Source: Macrostomum lignano
Taxonomy: Eukaryota
NCBI GenBank assembly: GCA_002269645.1
Contig: NIVC01001275.1
Coordinates: 186,001 to 250,000 of the forward strand
Direction: 5' to 3'
DNA: 64,000 bases
Shown piece after piece: positions 20,235-32,824 of this stretch (position 1 is the first letter of the stretch; every line of letters begins with the position of its first letter). Under the pieces are notes generated by a model. It was not told the origin of the DNA, made no database searches, and saw nothing but the letters and a program-made list of their open reading frames with translations. Made by a program: the position numbers and the translations under genes.

Positions 20235-22907
20235 CTATTTATCGGCCTTTTTGGATACCGGCACGAATTCGTAACTGTCCGAATCGGACTCGGACCCCGA
20301 CTGCTTGTGCTTTCGCTTCTTCTTAATCTTTTTAGCCTTCTTTAACTCTTTGCGCAGCTTCTTCTCTAATCGGCGAAGCTCCCGATCGCCGTCAGTGGAA
20401 GCTGACGAAGACTGGGCGGCGACTGGCTTCGAAGGCGGCGGTGGCTGCTGCTGCTGAGGCTTTGGGGGCTGTAGCGGAGGCGGCGGCGGCGGCGGCGGCG
20501 GCGGAGGCGGAGCAGGCGTCCTAAACGGCTCTGACGGAGGCTGATCCTCGAACAGGTGAGCAAACAGGCTACCAGCGGCCAGCATACGGCTGGTTGACTG
20601 CTCAGTAGCCGCCGCTGGTGCCGCCGCTGTATCTTTGCTAGCCTGAGCCTTAGCCAACTGTGGCCGCTCTTCGCTGCCGCCATCGTGTCGATCAGCAGCA
20701 TCAGCATCGCCTTCCTTGTCCCCGCTATCTGGCCCGTCACTATCATCCTCGTCATCTGAGCCGAACACGGACCGAAACAGGTCCATAGACGGTCGGCTGG
20801 CTTCAACAACCGAAGCTGGCGCGGTTGCCGTGGCAACGGACAGAGCCAAGGAAGTCTGCGACTGCGTAGATGCAGGCGCATCGGAGGCTGGGACGGCGGC
20901 CGGGGCTGGCTGCTGTACGTTAGCAATCGGGTTGGGCGCGGGTGGCGCCGCCGCAGGCGCATTCGCATTGTCTTCGAACAGGCAGGCGAACAGCGACTGC
21001 GCCGACGCAATCGGAGCTTGGCCGACAGCAGCCGACATCTGCGAAGGTCGGCCGCTCGAGTCGCGCTTTGCCGGCGCTTCCTCCGGATAGGGATTCGGCA
21101 CATTCAGCCGGCGGCAGACCATGGCGTGAGGCCGCCACTCGGACAGTCGGCGGGTCGGCGGCTTGTCGCCGCCAGCGTCGGCCGCAGCTTCGTTGGCCGC
21201 TTTGCCCGCTAGGCTGTCGTCGGCACCGTATTGCTGATCGGAGGCGCCGGCAGGCAAGAACCGGCTGCTCAGGCTGGTCGGCGCAGATCTATCGGCAGCG
21301 GCGGTGGTGTCGGCGGCTCGCGCGAACTGATCCCGTTCGAGGTTGCGCTCCCAGTCGGTCAGGCCCTCGGCGCCGTCGGCCGCTTTGGCGTAGGCCTCGG
21401 CGTGCTCGGCGCCAGCGGCTGTTCGCCAGCGCAGATAGCTGTGGTAGCGCGCCTGCTTGGCCGGATCGTCGCCAAACTGCTGATGCCAGCGGGCCGTAGT
21501 CAGCGGCGCGGACGTGGCGGCGGGGGCTGCGGGGGCGACAACGGCGGCAGCAGAAGAAGCTACTGAAGTCGAATTGCTTTTATCCAGCGGAGCACCGACG
21601 TCCCAGCGGCTGTTTCGCGGCGGGATAATTGTTTTTGACGGCGTCGGAGGCGTTGGCGGCTTTGGCAAGTCGGCCTCAGCTTCGGCAGCTTCCTCCGCTT
21701 CGGCGCGCATCTGGCGCAGCGCAATGTCCAGAGCGTCAGGGGCCGGCGCGGGCCGATGCATTGGCACGAAGCCAGCCGGCAGCTCCGGTGGCGGGTAGGC
21801 CTTCCGGCGAACCGTGCCGCCGCGTCGCTGGACAAAGCCTTTCAAGGGCCGGTCTTCGTCGTCGTTGTCATCATCATCATCATCGACGTCGTTTAATGAT
21901 GCTCGCTTTGCGTCCGGAGCCGTCCAGCCGAAGGTCCGTCGGCGGCTGGCCAGCGCGGCCTCCTCGGCCTCGGTGCCGATGGAGAAGTCGTAGTTGGCCA
22001 TGGAGTCGCCGCCGAACACATCGGCATCTTCAGATTCTAGCGCGCCGACGCCGAACGCCTGACCGCGCATGCCGCCGACTGACGTCGATGAGGCTGTCGT
22101 TGACGATAGGGCGCGGCCGGCGTCAAGCCCGGAGTAGCCGAGGCCGCGGGTGTCCCGGCCGGGCTTCAGACGCAGTTTTGACAGCAGGTCCACCGCTGCT
22201 GCGTCGCCGGCGTCGCCGGCGTCTCCAGCGCCGTCGCCGTCATCGCTGTCGGGATTGTCGTTGCCAGTCGTCGGCCGCGGTTGTTGCCGCCGACGCCAGC
22301 CGAGGTGCCGAAGCAGCCGGTCACCCAGGCCGGTCTCACTCGGCAGCAGCAGCTCCGCCAGCGGGTCGGAGCCAGCGCCGCCGCGTCCTCCAACGGTGGC
22401 AGCAGCCGCCAGCCGGCGCATCTCGATGCCGTCGTACTCTGGACGGGCGCGAACTTCCCGCGGTGCAATGCCAAAGTCACCGAGATCTTCGGCGTCCATG
22501 AAATCCTCCGGCCGACGCTCTCGCTGCCCTCGCTGGTCGCCCTGACGATCCCGACGAGACGAGCGGAACTCGCCAGGCTTAAAGCCCTCTACGGTGCCGA
22601 CACTGTTGAAGTGCCCGGCGGAGAAGCCGCCAGTGAAGGCACCGTGGAATCGGACAGGCCGGCCGCGCTCGTCCAGCGCCCGCTGCTGATGGATCGGCAG
22701 TCCGCTCTGCGGCTGCTGGCGCCGGCGCTTTGCCTGCTTAGCCGCGGCCGTCGCCGGATCGTCGTCAGAGTCGTCGAGCAACTCCAACGGCGTGCCGAGA
22801 AATTCATCACTATCATCATCGTCCTCCTCATCATCATCTTTGTCATCGCCCTGATAGGAGTCTCTGTGTCGGTCTTCGTAGTAGAGGCGGCCGCGACGCC
22901 GCGACAT
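20235..22907 (-). CDS. GPATCH1: G patch domain-containing protein 1 (spliceosome-associated), single exon, 890 aa
   Basis: N-terminal DUF1604-type motif DERGRPVRFHGAFTGGFSAGHFNSVGTVEGF, then RPEDFMDAEDLGDFGIAP, degenerate G-patch LGDRLLRHLGW, FGVGALE..D.DVF, WRPHAMVCRRLNVPNPY and a Lys-rich C-terminus. Confidence 0.93.
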   Translation of the reverse strand: MSRRRGRLYYEDRHRDSYQGDDKDDDEEDDDDSDEFLGTPLELLDDSDDDPATAAAKQAKRRRQQPQSGLPIHQQRALDERGRPVRFHGAFTGGFSAGHFNSVGTVEGFKPGEFRSSRRDRQGDQRGQRERRPEDFMDAEDLGDFGIAPREVRARPEYDGIEMRRLAAAATVGGRGGAGSDPLAELLLPSETGLGDRLLRHLGWRRRQQPRPTTGNDNPDSDDGDGAGDAGDAGDAAAVDLLSKLRLKPGRDTRGLGYSGLDAGRALSSTTASSTSVGGMRGQAFGVGALESEDADVFGGDSMANYDFSIGTEAEEAALASRRRTFGWTAPDAKRASLNDVDDDDDDNDDEDRPLKGFVQRRGGTVRRKAYPPPELPAGFVPMHRPAPAPDALDIALRQMRAEAEEAAEAEADLPKPPTPPTPSKTIIPPRNSRWDVGAPLDKSNSTSVASSAAAVVAPAAPAATSAPLTTARWHQQFGDDPAKQARYHSYLRWRTAAGAEHAEAYAKAADGAEGLTDWERNLERDQFARAADTTAAADRSAPTSLSSRFLPAGASDQQYGADDSLAGKAANEAAADAGGDKPPTRRLSEWRPHAMVCRRLNVPNPYPEEAPAKRDSSGRPSQMSAAVGQAPIASAQSLFACLFEDNANAPAAAPPAPNPIANVQQPAPAAVPASDAPASTQSQTSLALSVATATAPASVVEASRPSMDLFRSVFGSDDEDDSDGPDSGDKEGDADAADRHDGGSEERPQLAKAQASKDTAAAPAAATEQSTSRMLAAGSLFAHLFEDQPPSEPFRTPAPPPPPPPPPPPPLQPPKPQQQQPPPPSKPVAAQSSSASTDGDRELRRLEKKLRKELKKAKKIKKKRKHKQSGSESDSDSYEFVPVSKKADK

Positions 22908-23629
22908 CCCAGTCAGGAATCGGAGATAACAGGAATCGGTTTGAAGTCTTTTATCTCGGGGTTTAATTCGACGATATGTATCGAAAGTTTACTTTTCAAA
23001 CCTAAAAAACTGATTAGGATGTGCTGTACATAAATTAGCTTGAATAAAACTCTTACTACTATTAGTAGTGCAGATTTATTTTCTAAATAGTTTTTAGAAT
23101 TTCCAACCTTGTTATGTTTTTTTCCTAAGGATAAAAAACAAAGCCAAGCAAGAACAACAAACAATGGATGAGAAAAAATAGATAACTTTCTGATAATTTT
23201 TATTCCAATTGTTTTACAGTATATTTGTGAACTTTATTTGTTAAAAAAACAGAACCGAAAAGAAAAAAAGCTTACCTCTTGTCTACTTAAAGTAGGAAAA
23301 TAAAACAGGAGTAAAGAAAGCTTATATATGGCATTAATCTGCCTGTGTCGAATATTCAGAGACACAAAATATAACAAAAAGACGACTAATTAAGATGTTC
23401 CACTATAAGCTTTTATGACGATTAGTTAAGAACGATTAGTAAAATAAATTAAAGTGTCGCATCAGAAACCAAAATCAGGACACCGTTCGTTTGTCAAAGC
23501 GTTTAAAACCGTACATAGGCGACCTTTAAAGGAAACTAACAGCCTCAATAATATAACACAAAGTTAAGCGATGGGTACTCGTATCTGCACAGGTTTTGAC
23601 AGCCGAAGTAGTTGCAGCAGCTAGCTTAT

Positions 23630-24545
23630 GACAGGATCACAGACAGGCACACCATAGACTGTGTGGATCACACAGACAGGCACACCATAGACTGTGTGGA
23701 TCACACAGACAGGCACACCATAGACTGTGTGGATCACACAGACAGGCACACCATAGACTGTGTAGATCACACAGACAGGCACACCATAGACTGTGTGGAT
23801 CACACAGACAGGTACACCATAGACTGTGAGGATCACACAGACAGACATACCATAGACTGTGTGGATCACACAGACAGGCACACCATAGACTGTGTGGATC
23901 ACACAGACAGGCACACCATAGACTGTGTGGATCACACAGACAGGCACACCATAGACTGTGTGGATCACACAGACAGGCACACCATAGACTGTGTGGATCA
24001 CACAGACAGGCACACCATAGACTGTGTGGATCACACAGACAGGCACACCATAGACTGTGTGGATCACACAGACAGGCACACCATAGACTGTGTGGATCAC
24101 ACAGACAGGCACACCATAGACTGTGTGGATCACACAGACAGGCACACCATAGACTGTGTGGATCACACAGACAGGCACACCATAGACTGTGTGGATCACA
24201 CAGACAGGTACACCATAGACTGTGTGGATCACACAGACAGGTACACCATAGACTGTGTGGATCACACAGACAGGCACACCATAGACTGTGTGGATCACAC
24301 AGACAGGTACACCATAGACTGTGTGGATCACACAGACAGGCACACCATAGACTGTGTGGATCACACAGACAGGTACACCATAGACTGTGTGGATCACACA
24401 GACAGACATACCATAGACTGTGTGGATCACACAGACAGGCACACCATAGACTGTGTGGATCACACAGACAGGTACACCATAGACTGTGTGGATCACACAG
24501 ACAGACATACCATAGACTGTGTGGATCACACAGACAGGCATACTA
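23630..24545. repeat. minisatellite, 33-bp unit cacacagacaggcacaccatagactgtgtggat
   Basis: About 27 highly homogeneous copies. Confidence 0.95.
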
Positions 24546-25204
24546 TAGAAGATTTCAGTTAGAATAATTGTTTATTACTATACTGAAATGGGCAACTTTT
24601 AATACGTTTTCACTGCATTCGGCTGACAAAAACAGTTGTTATTATTAAGGCAACTGTACACAAAATATATGTAAAAACGCTAAGCGCTCAATAGAAAAAA
24701 AACAAATTAAAACGAAACAAAAGACTTTACTACAGAAAACAAAAAACACACCTTGGATAGATACTGAGTATGGATACATTCTGAATAGTGATTTGAAGTA
24801 CAGAAATTAATTTTTCTTACTCTAGCTGGATAAATATTAAGCGATAAACGAAGGGGGGAGAAACCGGAAACTCTTCAACTTAGATCAGGAGCAATTGTAA
24901 ACAGCAATAGCAAATCGAAACTGCTACTAGTAGTATGATATAGGCATAGGCATATTAATACATATGTTAGTAACGATAATTGTTAGAAAATAACATCAGA
25001 CAAAAAAGGTTAGATCCGCAACTGGACAGAAAATCTGGATTAAAAAAATAACCGACAGCCTAACAATAATCAGCTCGAATCAAAATGGAAATTTTTGCCA
25101 CCATAACGCAAAATATGGCATTTTAGTGCAGAATCTAACTTTAGTCGGCTCAATGTGATGGGCTGTTTATTGACTTGGCCTAAGGATTCTTTTGATACTT
25201 TGAC

Positions 25205-26460
25205 GGGCGATTCTCACAGGCGATTTTGGATACAACATAAGGGGAAGGGGGGGCGATTCACACAGGCGATTTTGGAGACAACATAAGGGGGGGGGCGATC
25301 GATTCTCACAGGCTATTTTGGAGACAACATAAGGGGAAGGGGGGGCGATTCTCACAGGCGATTTTGGAGACAACATAAGGGGAAGGGGGGGGGCGATTCA
25401 CACAGGCGATTTTGGATACAACATAAGGGGAAGGGGGGGGCGATTCTCACAGGCGATTTTGGAGACAACATAAGGGGAAGGGGGGCAATTCTCACAGGCG
25501 ATTTTGGAGACAACATAAGGGGAAGGGGGGGGCGATTCTCACAGGCGATTTTGGAGACAACATAAGGGGAAGGGGGGCAATTCTCACAGGCGATTTTGGA
25601 GACAACATAAGGGGAAGGGGGGGGCGATTCTCACAGGCGATTTTGGATACAACATAAGGGGAAGGGGGGCGATTCACACAGGCGATTTTGGAGACAACAT
25701 AAGGGGGGGGGGCGTTCGATTCTCACAGGCTATTTTGGAGACAACATAAGGGGAAGGGGGGGCGATTCTCACAGGCGATTTTGGAGACAACATAAGGGGA
25801 AGGGGGGGGGCGATTCACACAGGCGATTTTGGAGACAACATAAGGGGAAGGGGGGGGCGATTCACACAGGCGATTTTGGATACAACATAAGGGGAAGGGG
25901 GGGGCGATTCTCACAGGCGATTTTGGAGACAACATAAGGGGAAGGGGGGCAATTCTCACAGGCGATTTTGGAGACAACATAAGGGGAAGGGGGGGGCGAT
26001 TCTCACAGGCGATTTTGGAGACAACATAAGGGGAAGGGGGGCAATTCTCACAGGCGATTTTGGAGACAACATAAGGGGAAGGGGGGGGGGCGATTCTCAC
26101 AGGCGATTTTGGAGACAACATAAGGGGGGCGATTCTCACAGGCGATTTTAGAGACAACATAAGGGGAAGGGGGGCAATTCTCACAGGCGATTTTGGAGAC
26201 AACATAAGGGGAAGGGGGGGGCGATTCTCACAGGCGATTTTGGAGACAACATAAGGGGAAGGGGGCAATTCTCACAGGCGATTTTGGAGACAACATAAGG
26301 GGAAGGGGGGGGCGATTCTCACAGGCGATTTTGGAGACAACATAAGGGGGGCGATTCTCACAGGCGATTTTAGAGACAACATAGGGAAGGGGGGCGATTC
26401 TCACAGGCGATTTTGGAGACAACATAAGGGGAGGGGGGGCGATTCTCACAGGCGATTTCG
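25205..26460. repeat. G-rich minisatellite, ~40-46-bp unit gcgattctcacaggcgattttggagacaacataaggggaaggggggg
   Basis: About 28 copies differing mainly in G-run length. The array starts ~100 bp past the stop of the TNIP-like gene. Confidence 0.93.
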
Positions 26461-26557
26461 GGAACAGCTAAAGCTGACCGAAATTGGACTCCGCAGAAAA
26501 TGAAAAGTCAAGTCCAACCAGTCAATCAATAATCAGCGAATAAAACCCCGGGCAGGC

Positions 26558-27440
26558 TTAGAGCAAGTAGGGGTTCTGAGCCGGATACGGCTTCGCCCTG
26601 TCGCACACGCTGCAGTGATGCGCGGTGGCCGGATTCTCCAGGGTGCAGGCCTCGCATTTCCACGGGCCAGCCGGGCCGGTGGCAGCGGCGGCGGCTCCGG
26701 GTCTTCTGACAGGGTTGTGAGACTCCGGCAGCTGGTCGCAGATTGCACTGGCGCTGTCGTTGTTGTTACTGTTGTTGCGACGGTTGTCGGCGCCAACAGT
26801 CGTTGCTAGCAGCTGTTGCTGCTGCTGCATCTGGCGCTGCTGCATGAAGGCCCGACGATCGGCGGGGCCCGGCGGACCGACTGGCGCAGGGGCAGCGGCA
26901 ACGGCACCGGCGGCGGCGGCCGGAGCTTGGCCAAGCTGGTCTCGAAGTTCGGCCAGGCGAGCCTGTACGGCAATTTGGACATTTTTACAAATATAGATGG
27001 CAACAGTCGTAGTAAACAGCACAGGGCATATGGCGGCCCTGATTTTCTTATCATCCGGCATGTGCACTCTCTCTCTCTCTCTCTGTGCCCATGGGGATGG
27101 CCAGTGTGACAGATAGGAGAGTGTGACAGAGGAACATTGTGACAGGAATGTACAGGAACAGAAGTCAGAGACAGGGACATGAGCTCCTCAGACAAGCCCC
27201 AGGCCCCCAGCACCGGTAAAGTACTCACCTGAGCTGACTCCCTATCGGCTCTTTCCCTGGCAAAATCCTCTTGATACAGAGCAGCCTGAGCCTGCAGCAC
27301 TTCGTTCTCCTGTCGCAGGCCTTCCAATTCGCGATTAGCTCTGGCCAGTTCGTCAGCCAGGCGCGTCCGCTCTCGTTCGAGTCGGCGCATGGCCTCTGTT
27401 GTGTCGGAAATGAGTGAATCAGTTGGGTCATTGGGCTGCG

Positions 27441-27472
<32 letters not shown>

Positions 27473-28946
27473 GCGACCCGCGGCGCGCTCCTAGCCTGGG
27501 CAAGCTGATTTCGCAGCTCGGCGAGCTGGCGATCGCGATCTTCGTTCATCTTCTCGTGGCGAGCCTTCTGGCTGGACCAGAACTCGTGCCACTGCTTGTT
27601 CACGGACTTGAGCTGGAGTTGAGCGGCACGGATGGCAATAATAGTCATAATTGTGAGCACAGGTACGCAGGCGCGCACTCATGCACACGCTCACACAGGG
27701 TGTACAGCGGCCCTTTGACTTGCTAATCGTCCGGCATGTACACTCTCTGTGCCTTCAGGGTTGACCCTTATGGGTGTCATAGAGTGAGTAATACTCTAAT
27801 AAGTAATGCCATAAAGCAAATAAAATACCTCTTCATTTTCTTTTCTCAGGCGTTCCAGTTCACGATTCTGCTGCGGAGGCGTGTAAGGCATGTTTTGATA
27901 CACCTGCTGCTGCTGCTGCTGCTTCTGTCTGGCCTGCGGATGCTGCAGCTTTAGTGGCTGCCACTTTTCCGGTGCGGCTTCAGTTCCGCCAGCCTGAAAA
28001 GGGAAAAAACGAACAAACGGGGTCAGGAATTGGAGGGGCAATCAATGTACAGGGGAGGTAATTATTGTTAAATGGGGTGATGCATATTGAGGACGGGGTT
28101 ACGGGTTGGAAGGGCACTGTACATTGAAGACGGGGTTATGCATTGGAGAGGAAATGTACATTGGGGGGCGGGTTCAGGGTTTGGAGGGGTAACGTACATT
28201 GGGGGACGGGGTCAGGGATTGGAGGGGCAATGTACATTGGGGGACGGGGTTAGAGATTGGAGAGGAAATGTACATTGGGGAAGGGGTTAGGGTTTGGAGG
28301 GGTAACGTACATTGGGGGACGGGGTCAGGGATTGGAGAGGAAATGTACATTGGGGGACGGGGTTAGAGATTGGAGAGGAAATGTACGTTGGGTTACGGGG
28401 TTAGGGATTGGACAGGAAATGTACATTGGGGACGGGATTAGGGTTTGGGAGGGGTAACGTACATTGGGGGACGGGGTCAGGGATTTGAGGAAATGTACAT
28501 TGGGGACGGGGTTTAAAGTAGCATTGTACATCAGAGATCAAAGAGACATTCGCGCTAACCGTCTCCCCCTGGTGCAGCAGGGCGTCCGCCTCGGCCAGGT
28601 GGGCAATAATACGCCTTAGGTCGACAATTTTCTCCGGCGAACGGAACAGCATTTTTAACGAAGCGTCCAGCATCTCCTGCGGGGAGGCCGGCGACGGGGC
28701 TTCCATAGTCCAGTCGTGGACGTCCCGGCCGCCAGCTGGCATGCCGCCGTCCGCGGCGTCGTCGTCTTCATCGTCCGTGTCGGCATTGCCGTTGCGATTG
28801 GCGTCAATGAGCTGCTGCGGGCAGGGCGCGTCGAGCAGGCTGAACTGCTGCTGGCCGTCAGCCCAGGGGTCCGGCTGCATCAGGTCCGGCTCGAACGAAT
28901 CGTCCCGATCTCTCAAATTAGAAGCGGCTGCTGCTGCTGTGGCCAT
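26558..28946 (-). CDS. ABIN/TNIP-like ubiquitin-binding adaptor: coiled coil + UBAN + C-terminal RanBP2-type (NZF) zinc finger; exons 28946-28560, 27993-27829, 27612-27229, 26962-26558 (~446 aa; alternative ATG at 28994)
   Basis: All three introns are GT-AG, phase 0. Spliced protein has ENEELKSVNKQWHEFW (cf. TNIP1 LLEVNKQWDQHF), LYQEDFARERADRESAQARLAEL (UBAN DFxxER, cf. TNIP2 YKDDFMSERADRERAQSRIQEL) and WKCEACTLENPATAHHCSVCD (NZF). Confidence 0.85.
28105..28512. repeat. intronic G-rich minisatellite, ~38-39-bp unit aatgtacattgggggacggggtcagggattggagggg
   Basis: About 10 copies in intron 1 of the TNIP-like gene. Confidence 0.88.
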
Positions 28947-29559
28947 TGTGATTTTGCTGGATGATTTATTGAAAACCGAAAATTTGCTTTGCATGAATTA
29001 TTACGGAAATAACAATTCGGCTTTGGACATTGCGAATATTTCCTCTGATAATTTATTTTTCTAGTGCTTCATAATAAAAAATGAATTAAAACTCAAACTG
29101 TAAATAAGTAAAGCTCTATATAGAGTAATAGAATTACATGGCTGCAATGTTTTTATTATCAGCGTACAATTTAAAAGTAGTGAATCGGAAAGACAAAGTA
29201 AAGATCAAATAAGTGACTGGTCGGATTGGCCTCACATTCTCATAATAATCAGCACATGTAACTTATTAAAACTAGGAATTTTTACCCACAGGCCACAGCT
29301 CGCCTCAGTTGCCTAATTCAAATTAACAGTTAACCTTTTGGAGGCCGAATTTATAAATGAAACGCACCGAGTCGAATGACAATACACAGATCAAGGTTAT
29401 CTACGGAAGTAGAATTATTAAAAAGCATGCGCAAATGGTCTACATCAAGATTTACGAGTATAGAAGACTCTTTCATGAACGCAGGTAAACTGTTTGAAAT
29501 GATCGATAAAAAGTTACATCAAAGGCCAAATATTATCCATATGGACTTTAAGGTTTTTG

Positions 29560-29740
29560 GAGAGGATTATCGAAGGTTTTAGGGAGGATTATCGAAGGTT
29601 TAGGGAGGATTATCGAAGACTTTTGGGGAGGATTATCTAAGGTTTTTGGGGAGGATTATCGAAGGTTTTGGGGAGGATTATCGAAGGTTTTTAGGCAGGA
29701 TTATCGAAGGTTTTGGGGAGGATTATCGAAGACTTTTGGA
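29560..29740. repeat. short minisatellite, ~22-24-bp unit ggaggattatcgaaggttttg
   Basis: About 8 copies, ~120 bp beyond the D2HGDH stop. Confidence 0.85.
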
Positions 29741-29862
29741 AGCAACACGGACGAAGTTTCTAAAAATGATGGACTATTTCTGGGAAGATAATGAACTATA
29801 TTTACATTTACAGTTAATTCTGTTTGGAACTGTCAGGATAACGGGGTGGCAACATCAGAGAG

Positions 29863-32741
29863 TCATTCATCGGGCAGCACCTTGTAGGGATTCATAATCC
29901 CGTTAGGATCCAGCAGCCGTTTCACTTCGGCCATGACTCGAACAGCAAAATCGGCCTTACTATGCCGAATGTACTGACTCTTCTTGAGCCCCAGCCCGTG
30001 CTCAGCGCTAACCGAGCCACGCCGGTCCCTGACCCAATCGAACACGTGCGGCTCGATCAGCTCCAACACTTTGGCATCGAATTTTGGCGTAGTAAAATTC
30101 AGATGCAGATTGCCGTCGCCAAGGTGACCGTAGCCGGCTGTCCGAATAACCCGGCCGTCCAGGCGGGTCCGCATGTGCTCAACTAGGCGGTAGATGTCGG
30201 CCAGCGGCAGGCTCACGTCGTATTTGTACTCGTAGCCGTCCACTAGCAGGGATTCGACAATGCGCTCGCGCAGAGACCACAGGTGAGCAAATTGCCCAGC
30301 ATCCTGGGCTACTGTGCCGTCGGTTGCGCAACCATCCATCGACATCACTGACTCGATGAAGCCGTCCAGCTTCTCTCGATCGTGCGTCTCGTTAGAGCCG
30401 GATGTCTCGGCTAGCACGTAGAAACTGTGCTCGCCCAGGGGGCAGGAGAGGCCGAGGTTCTGTTTGACAGCTCGCATGGACTCCGAATCGATGAACTCGA
30501 ATGCGGACAGGATCTCGCCCAGGCTGCGTCTGGCCAGCCGGTAAGTGTCCAGCACGGCCTGCGGGATGGCCTGGTCTATGTTAGTTGAAGCCTAAGCCTA
30601 TTATAGAGTTAAGCAGAGCTGGCCGCGGTTAGTACACAAGGCCCTCTACACTCTCAGCACTAAAAATTCAATTCTACCTACAAAAGATCCTAATCCTATT
30701 GTAAAGATCCCAATCCTACTATACAGATCCCAATCCTACTATACAGATCTCAGTCCTACTATACAGATCCCAATCCTACTATACAGATTCCAATCCTACT
30801 ATACAGATCCCAATCCTACTATACAGATTCCAATCCTACTATACAGATCCCAATCCTACTATACAGATCCCAATCCTACTATACAGATCCCAATCCTACT
30901 TTACAGATCCCAGTCCTACTATACAGATCCCAATCCTACTATACAGATCCCAATCCTACTTTACAGATCCCAGTCCTACTATACAGATCCCAATCCTACT
31001 ATACAGATTCCAATCCTACTATACAGATCCCAATCCTACTATACAGATTCCAATCCTACTATACAGATCCCAATCCTACTATACAGATCCCAATCCTACT
31101 ATACAGATCAAGTCTCAAGATCAAATTCAAGGACTCCAAATGCTAATTTTTAAACTGGAACAAACCTGAAAGGAATCCAGGCCGAGAAAGGCCAGCTGCA
31201 CAGACTTGGGCCTGGCCGGGCACAGTATAGCCGCTTTAGTAATGATACCAAGCGTTCCCTCGCTACCAATGAGCAGCTGTTTAATATCGTATCCGGTGTT
31301 GTCTTTCCGCAGAGTAGTCAGGCAGTCCAGCACCTGTCCGGTAGGCAGCACAGCCTCCAGACCCAAGGTGGTGCCGCGCAGGCTGCCGTACCGCAACAGG
31401 CGAAGGCCGCCAGCATTCGTGGCCAAGTTGCCGCCAATCTGACAGCTGCCCTTGGCGCCAAGGTCCAGCGGCATCATCAGGCCTTGGCTAGCCGCCTCCC
31501 TGTCCAACTGTTCGAGTACGCAGCCGGCCTCGGCAACAAGCACGCCGGACACTGGGTCGATGCTAAGCAGGCTGTTCATGCGGCTAGTTGAGATCACGAT
31601 CTCGTCGAATAGAGGCACCGAGCCGCCAACCAGGCCGGTGTTGCCGCCCTGCGGTACTACGGCTAAACGGCGCTTATTGCAGTGACGGACTATGGCGCTC
31701 ACCTGGGATTTCGGTAGGTTAAGAGTTTGTGACATTGTGACATTGGTATTGTTTGTTATTAGAGGTATTACTGCCCATTCCGCCGAATCCCCTAAGCAGG
31801 AACACAAGCGCAAGGATATGTACGTAGTCATACGCAAAGGCACACACTCACATCAGAGAGTGTTCAGAAATCTAATGACAACTTTCCTTTTAAATGATTG
31901 TAAACTTTTCTTGTCATTTCTAATATTTCCCAATGAAAACTGTACCTAGACCAGGAGCGTCCCAGAGTCGCTTGCGTCGCCCCAGCGTCTCTACTGGTAA
32001 CACAGGTAAAATAGGAAAGAAAGTCACTCTAGACGACTCTAAAATGACGAGATGTCACGGAACAAGTTGTCAAAAAGAGTTGCCTACACAGTGTTCATTT
32101 GGAGGCGTTTTACTGGATCTGTGACTCTGGGGCGCTTCTATAGTGACTTTTAGTCTAAGGCGCATCTGCGTCACTTCATAAAATTAGAATCGCATTTCGA
32201 ATTTATAACAACTACTACTGGAGTCTACTTGAGTTAGTAGAAAGCTATGCGCTACTCTTGGGTGCAACTTTTTTTGCGACTCTCGCTTTTACAGTCGCAT
32301 TACAATCGTTCGAATCGTTAAAAAAGTCACAAGAGTCGCCCCAGACCCGCCTAGAGTAAAGGTTTCAACGGTTTTTATATTTAATCTCGTTTAAAATGGC
32401 ACTCGAACCTCTTCCGTAGTTTTTGGCCGCAGCACCAGCTGACCCTGGCCACGGCATATCCGCAGCCAGTCAATATTGTAGGACAGCACCTCGTCCGCAT
32501 CTTTGATCACGTGATCGCCGCCAACAATAGCCTCGAATGCGGATAAGTCAGCGTCAGTTAATTGACTGAACGCGCCGCGCTTTATCCCGGGATGAATTTC
32601 GGTGGTCAGCGGGGGCAGCCCGCCTGAAGCTGAAGAGGCTGGTCGGGCAAGAAGGGCGAAAGCGCCGGCAGGTGCGGGTCGCCGCCTGAGCAGCAGCTGA
32701 GGAAGCAGAGATGCGGCTCGGCTGGCCAGGAAGAGGCGGCG
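29863..32741 (-). CDS. D2HGDH: D-2-hydroxyglutarate dehydrogenase (FAD-linked, mitochondrial); exons ~32741/32696-32409, 31702-31166, 30558-29863; start codon not visible
   Basis: [11 protein letters not shown]...LRPKTTEE|[83 protein letters not shown]. Both introns are GT-AG phase 0. Confidence 0.95.
30700..31108. repeat. intronic minisatellite, 20-bp unit atacagatcccaatcctact
   Basis: About 20 copies in D2HGDH intron 2. Confidence 0.93.
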
Positions 32742-32824
32742 TCAGAATGAGATTGAATATTTTTCTGAGATTTCTAAATGATTCCTAAAGCTATACTGAT
32801 ATACTTCCTGAAGCTAATTGATTG

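Noticed and set aside
20366-23033. Overlapping alternative-frame and antisense ORFs across GPATCH1 (likewise across the acidic, ABIN-like and SH3 genes)
   Set aside because: Expected shadow ORFs of GC-rich coding sequence; no motifs
31940-32365. MITE-like insert with repeated gagtcgc/gcgactc motifs in D2HGDH intron 1
   Set aside because: No convincing terminal inverted repeats or TSD
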